The notes under the pieces are model-generated. The model was not told where the DNA came from. It searched no databases and worked only from the letters and a program-made list of their open reading frames with translations. Position numbers and translations under genes: made by a program. From Nannocystales bacterium (GTDB lineage Bacteria; Myxococcota_A; Polyangia; Nannocystales; Nannocystaceae), in the NCBI GenBank assembly GCA_050633305.1, contig JBOEGF010000032.1:32001-96000 (forward strand): a stretch of 64,000 nt of DNA. Reading direction: 5' to 3'. Positions 60,506 to 64,000 of this stretch are shown here, piece after piece. Positions within the stretch are counted from its first letter, which is position 1. Each line of letters starts with the position of its first letter.

Positions 60506-61459
60506 GTGATCCCTCCAAGCGCCAACGGACCGCCGGCGCACGTCCTACTCGTCGATGACGAGCCGGTCGTCGCGCGAGAGCTGCGTGACCTCGTCCAGTC
60601 CTACGGCCATCGAGTGACGGCCTGCAACAGTTGGACCGAGGCCTTACGCGCCTTCGGAAAAGGAGACGTCGACCTCATCTTGATGGACGCCGTCATGCCC
60701 ACCGTTGACGGCTTCAAGCTCACCCGGATCATCCGGTCCCGAGCGAAGACCTACGTCCCCATCGTTTTTCTCACCGGCCTCGCCGACGACAAGGCGCGCG
60801 CCAACGGTATCGAAGCGGGCGGCGATGATTTCCTGACCAAGCCGATCGATCCGCTCGAGCTGCAGGTCCGCATCAAAGCGATGCTTCGGATCCGCTCGCT
60901 GACAAAGGCCCTCGAAGAGAAGTCGCGCACCCTGAGCCGACTTGTCGCGATGGATGCGTTGACGGGGATCGGAAACCGTCGGTCGTTTGACGAGCGAATG
61001 CAGACCGAACTGGGCGAGACGAGTGCTTCGAACGAATCGGTGTCGGTTCTGCTTCTCGACCTCGACCACTTCAAGTCGGTCAACGACACCTTTGGTCACA
61101 CGGTCGGTGACGACCTCCTTCGTGTGTTCGGTCGACTCCTCGCAGACAACACCCGCGCTCGTGACCTTCCGTATCGATACGGAGGAGAAGAGTTCGCGGT
61201 CGTCTGTCCCAGCTCGACGACCGATGACGCGTGCACCCTCGCGGAGCGCATTCGAGCCGCGTTCATGCGGATCAGTCCGCACGCGACTGCCGCAGGGGCC
61301 CGCACGTGTTCGATTGGCGTCGCGGGAACCGACATCTTGCCCGGAGCGACCAAGGAGGTCCTGCTGCAAGCCGCCGATGCGGCGCTGTACCGGGCCAAGG
61401 ACTCAGGGCGCAACTGCGTCTGTAAGTTCGACCCGATGTTCGACCAGAAGGTCGCCTAG
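60506..61459 (+). CDS. REC-GGDEF diguanylate cyclase
   Basis: LVDDE, MDAVMP, TKP; DALTG, DLDHFKSVNDTFGH, I-site RARD, RYGGEEF, ADAALYRAK. Confidence 0.93.
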   Translation: MIPPSANGPPAHVLLVDDEPVVARELRDLVQSYGHRVTACNSWTEALRAFGKGDVDLILMDAVMPTVDGFKLTRIIRSRAKTYVPIVFLTGLADDKARANGIEAGGDDFLTKPIDPLELQVRIKAMLRIRSLTKALEEKSRTLSRLVAMDALTGIGNRRSFDERMQTELGETSASNESVSVLLLDLDHFKSVNDTFGHTVGDDLLRVFGRLLADNTRARDLPYRYGGEEFAVVCPSSTTDDACTLAERIRAAFMRISPHATAAGARTCSIGVAGTDILPGATKEVLLQAADAALYRAKDSGRNCVCKFDPMFDQKVA

Positions 61460-61494
61460 CACGGTGGCAGGACGCCCGTCCTGTTCCGCCCCAA

Positions 61495-61548
61495 CGTCAA
61501 CGTCGGGCGTCAACGTCGGGCGTCAACGTCGGTCGTCAACGTCGGGCG
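61495..61548. repeat. 13-bp tandem repeat, 4 copies
   Basis: CGTCAACGTCGGG at 61495, 61508, 61521 (last base T) and 61534. Confidence 0.9.
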
Positions 61549-61552
61549 CCGC

Positions 61553-62749
61553 CTAAAAGTCGTGTCGTGACCAGCCGTCGGCCTCTTGCGCGAACCAAAT
61601 TCCAGCGTGGACGGCGAGCCACTGCTCGGCGCGACGAGTCCCGGAGGTTCCGAGCAGGACGCGTTGGGCACCAGGCGCGGTGCGAGCCCGAGTCTGCACC
61701 ACCACCGTCGACCCTTCTTCGAGCCGACGAAGAATCCATCCGAGCACCAGGCTTGGATCTTCAAGTCTCACCGCGAACCGGCTGCCGGGTTCCAACTCGG
61801 CCGCCGCAAGCAGCACGCCATCGGGTGCGGGGTCGTCGATCAGCGCATAGTCCCCCTGGGGCAGCGCTGTCGCGAGGGCCTCCGCCCCGCCCTCTCCCTG
61901 AACGATGCACAGCGTCCCCATCGCGACATCCTCGGCAAACGCTTCCAGTGAGTCCCGAACCTCGAGCGGGCGAGGCTCATCGGAGTCATGGGATTCGTCC
62001 GAACGCGGCGGGACCACGAGCTCGGCGAGATCGATGCTGTCCTCGTCGTCCTGGACATCGACACCCAGATCGTTCGGGGCACGTGGGCCGGCCGGTTGCC
62101 CGCCACGTTGCCTGTCTTCGAGGTCATTTCCGCGCGACGAGATGTCGTGCGCGTCGACCAGGTTGGCCGGCTGCTCTCCGGTCGGAGTCCGAAGTTCGAA
62201 GTCCGATCCTTCTTCCCCATCCATCTGCTTTGACCAGCTTGGCTTCGATGGCGGAGGCGTTGGGGCTCGAGGTGGCGGTACCGGAGCTTCCGGGACACCG
62301 ATGTCCCACGCGGTGCGGCGCTTGGTCGGCCGGAGGATCGACTTCCCGGTGGACGGGACGGACGGCTGGCGGTCGGGCTCAGCCGTGTCGAGCTTGGGCA
62401 GGTCGAGTCCGCGAGTCGAGGGCACCGGACTCTCGGTCTCACCCGAGCCCGCAGCACCCACCCGTCCGCGAACGACGATGCCTTCGGGCGCAGGCTCGGC
62501 GAGGAGCGTCCAATGCTCGCTCCCAACGTCCACGCCAAATGAAACGACGTTGCCCAACGCGAGTTCGGCTTGCTGGTCAGGACCGAGCACCATCGACAGC
62601 GCATCGAACAGCTCTGACTCGGAGAGTGGGTCGCCCACCGTCACGGAACCGGCGTCCGTCTTCACCATCGGATGCTGGTCCGATTCAAGCGTGACCTCGG
62701 TTGCGCCGCGAAGGCTCGCCTCGTGCAGCACCTGGGGGAGGGAGGGCAT
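61553..62749 (-). CDS. Degenerate PilT-like protein with long disordered insertion
   Basis: N-terminus patterned like the PilT N-domain; C-terminal eroded ATPase elements; start taken at ATG 62749. Confidence 0.55.
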   Translation of the reverse strand: MPSLPQVLHEASLRGATEVTLESDQHPMVKTDAGSVTVGDPLSESELFDALSMVLGPDQQAELALGNVVSFGVDVGSEHWTLLAEPAPEGIVVRGRVGAAGSGETESPVPSTRGLDLPKLDTAEPDRQPSVPSTGKSILRPTKRRTAWDIGVPEAPVPPPRAPTPPPSKPSWSKQMDGEEGSDFELRTPTGEQPANLVDAHDISSRGNDLEDRQRGGQPAGPRAPNDLGVDVQDDEDSIDLAELVVPPRSDESHDSDEPRPLEVRDSLEAFAEDVAMGTLCIVQGEGGAEALATALPQGDYALIDDPAPDGVLLAAAELEPGSRFAVRLEDPSLVLGWILRRLEEGSTVVVQTRARTAPGAQRVLLGTSGTRRAEQWLAVHAGIWFAQEADGWSRHDF

Positions 62750-62853
62750 CCAAGCAGAATCTAACAGGCTCCTCGCCGTCGGGTTCGGCTTCCCGCTTTC
62801 GCGCGCAGAGCGCTCATCCGGCTGATCCTGACACAAGCGTTTCGTGTGACGTC

Positions 62854-62882
62854 CTAAACTCTGGGTGGCCGGCGTCCGATGG
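62854..62882 (+). promoter_or_regulatory. Weak sigma28-like promoter candidate
   Basis: CTAAA-N16-TCCGATGG upstream of ATG 62919; spacer 1 nt longer than optimal. Confidence 0.3.
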
Positions 62883-62918
62883 TCCCTGTGAAGCCCCCCT
62901 CGAGGAGTTCGACCACCC

Positions 62919-63500
62919 ATGATGCGCGCACTGACCCTGTGTTCCCTGCTCCTGTTACCCATGAGCGCCTGCGACGACGCAGCGTTCGATCTGGTCGAGT
63001 CGGCCGAGCGACCCTCGCCGATCCCGGATCCGCCAGATGCGTCGGTGCTCGACACCTGCGAGCTCTACTGCTCCGAGTACCGAGTCGCCTGTGGGAGCGA
63101 GCACTTTGGTTACGCCTCGCTCTCCGAGTGCGAGAGCTTGTGCGGGTACTGGGAGGCTGAGGAGGACTCGGACTGCCGTCTCGAGGCGCTCCACGAGATC
63201 GCAGGAGGCACCGTGAAATCCCTCGCAGAGACCTGCGCCGATGCCGGGCCCGACTCGGACACCTGTGGCTCGGCCTACGTGGTGACCTGCCCCCGCTACT
63301 GCGACGAGTTCCGCGCCACCTGCGGCGGCGAAGGCAGCTTCGACGACGCCTTCGAGTCCCGGGAGAAGTGCCTGGCGTGGTGTGACGGCGAGCCACTGCA
63401 CCGAGATGACGACTCGATCTCGTGCCGCCTGGGCGCGTTGGAGTCGGTCGCGGCACCACCCGACTGCGTGGCCGCCTCGCCGGACACCTCCTGTAAGTAG
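62919..63500 (+). CDS. Cys-rich lipoprotein with two internal repeats
   Basis: Lipobox MSAC; two copies of CxxYCxE...CG...SxxxCxxxC...CRL...CxxAxPD. Confidence 0.75.
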   Translation: MMRALTLCSLLLLPMSACDDAAFDLVESAERPSPIPDPPDASVLDTCELYCSEYRVACGSEHFGYASLSECESLCGYWEAEEDSDCRLEALHEIAGGTVKSLAETCADAGPDSDTCGSAYVVTCPRYCDEFRATCGGEGSFDDAFESREKCLAWCDGEPLHRDDDSISCRLGALESVAAPPDCVAASPDTSCK

Positions 63501-63551
63501 GCCGCAGCAAGCTCGGCCGCCCCCACGGAGCCGGTATAGTCCACCGACTCC

Positions 63552-64000
63552 GTGGAGTTTATCGAGCAGATCCCACGCTGGGTCCTCGAACTAGGATTCG
63601 TCGTCTACGCGGTGGCGGTCTCGGTCGTTGTCCTGCTGGAGCGTCGGCGTCCGACAGCCACGCTCGCGTTGGTCCTGTCGATGTTGTTCGTGCCGGTCCT
63701 CGGACTGCTGACCTATGCGTTCTTCTCGCAACGGAAGGTCCGACGAAAACGGAAGAACCGGCGGCGCCGCGTGATCGACCCGGTCGCCGGAACGGAGTCG
63801 CTGGCGACCCTGGACGCGCTCCCGCAGGGGCTGTCGGTCCACAAGCGCGGCTTGGTCCGCCTGGCCCTACACGCCACCGCTGCCCCGCTGCGGCGCGCCA
63901 GTGACGTCCGCCTCCTCATCACCGCGGACGACGCACGAGAGGCCGTGCTCGCAGCCATCGCCAGTGCGACCCGCTGCGTGCACGCGGAGTTCTACATCTG
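63552..64000 (+). CDS. cls: Cardiolipin synthase (5' part, truncated by window end)
   Basis: Own translation from GTG 63552: LLERRRPTATLALVLSMLFVPVLGLLTYAFF (PLDc_N) ... AIASATRCVHAEFYI. Confidence 0.85.
   Translation, partial: MEFIEQIPRWVLELGFVVYAVAVSVVVLLERRRPTATLALVLSMLFVPVLGLLTYAFFSQRKVRRKRKNRRRRVIDPVAGTESLATLDALPQGLSVHKRGLVRLALHATAAPLRRASDVRLLITADDAREAVLAAIASATRCVHAEFYI

Noticed and set aside
61495..61548. Tandem repeat as a CRISPR array
   Set aside because: 13-bp units, no spacers, no cas genes

Overview
High-GC, gene-dense window whose gene families suggest a myxobacterium, possibly Nannocystis/Plesiocystis/Enhygromyxa-like (inferred, not shown). It holds about 60 CDS; I saw no rRNA, tRNA, CRISPR array or transposase. 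Housekeeping content includes psd, pyrK-pyrD-glnB-glnA, rimI, engB, coaE, pfkA, xerC, a J-domain/DnaK/sirtuin/ECF operon, a Gld-like ABC operon, PBP1A, a large transglycosylase, a second ECF/anti-sigma pair and a partial cls. Two blocks stand out. (1) 18.3-27.7 kb has a ThDP enzyme plus non-canonical KAS III (furanolide/butenolide-synthase-like), an O-methyltransferase, an exported alpha/beta-hydrolase coupled to a LuxR-type regulator, a lux-box-like palindrome, a reverse-ordered stressosome operon with no output gene, and two paralogous unknown STAS/SEC14-like proteins. It may be an undescribed small-molecule signalling system. (2) 53.5-62.7 kb has only the regulatory skeleton of a flagellar cluster (FleQ-like activator, sigma54 promoter, FlhG, FliA, CsrA, FliW), with the usually interleaved structural genes missing. 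It is flanked by a REC-DUF4388-roadblock protein, a degenerate HATPase, a REC-GGDEF cyclase and a degenerate PilT-like protein. All calls come from reading motifs by eye; no database search was run and many start codons are best guesses.
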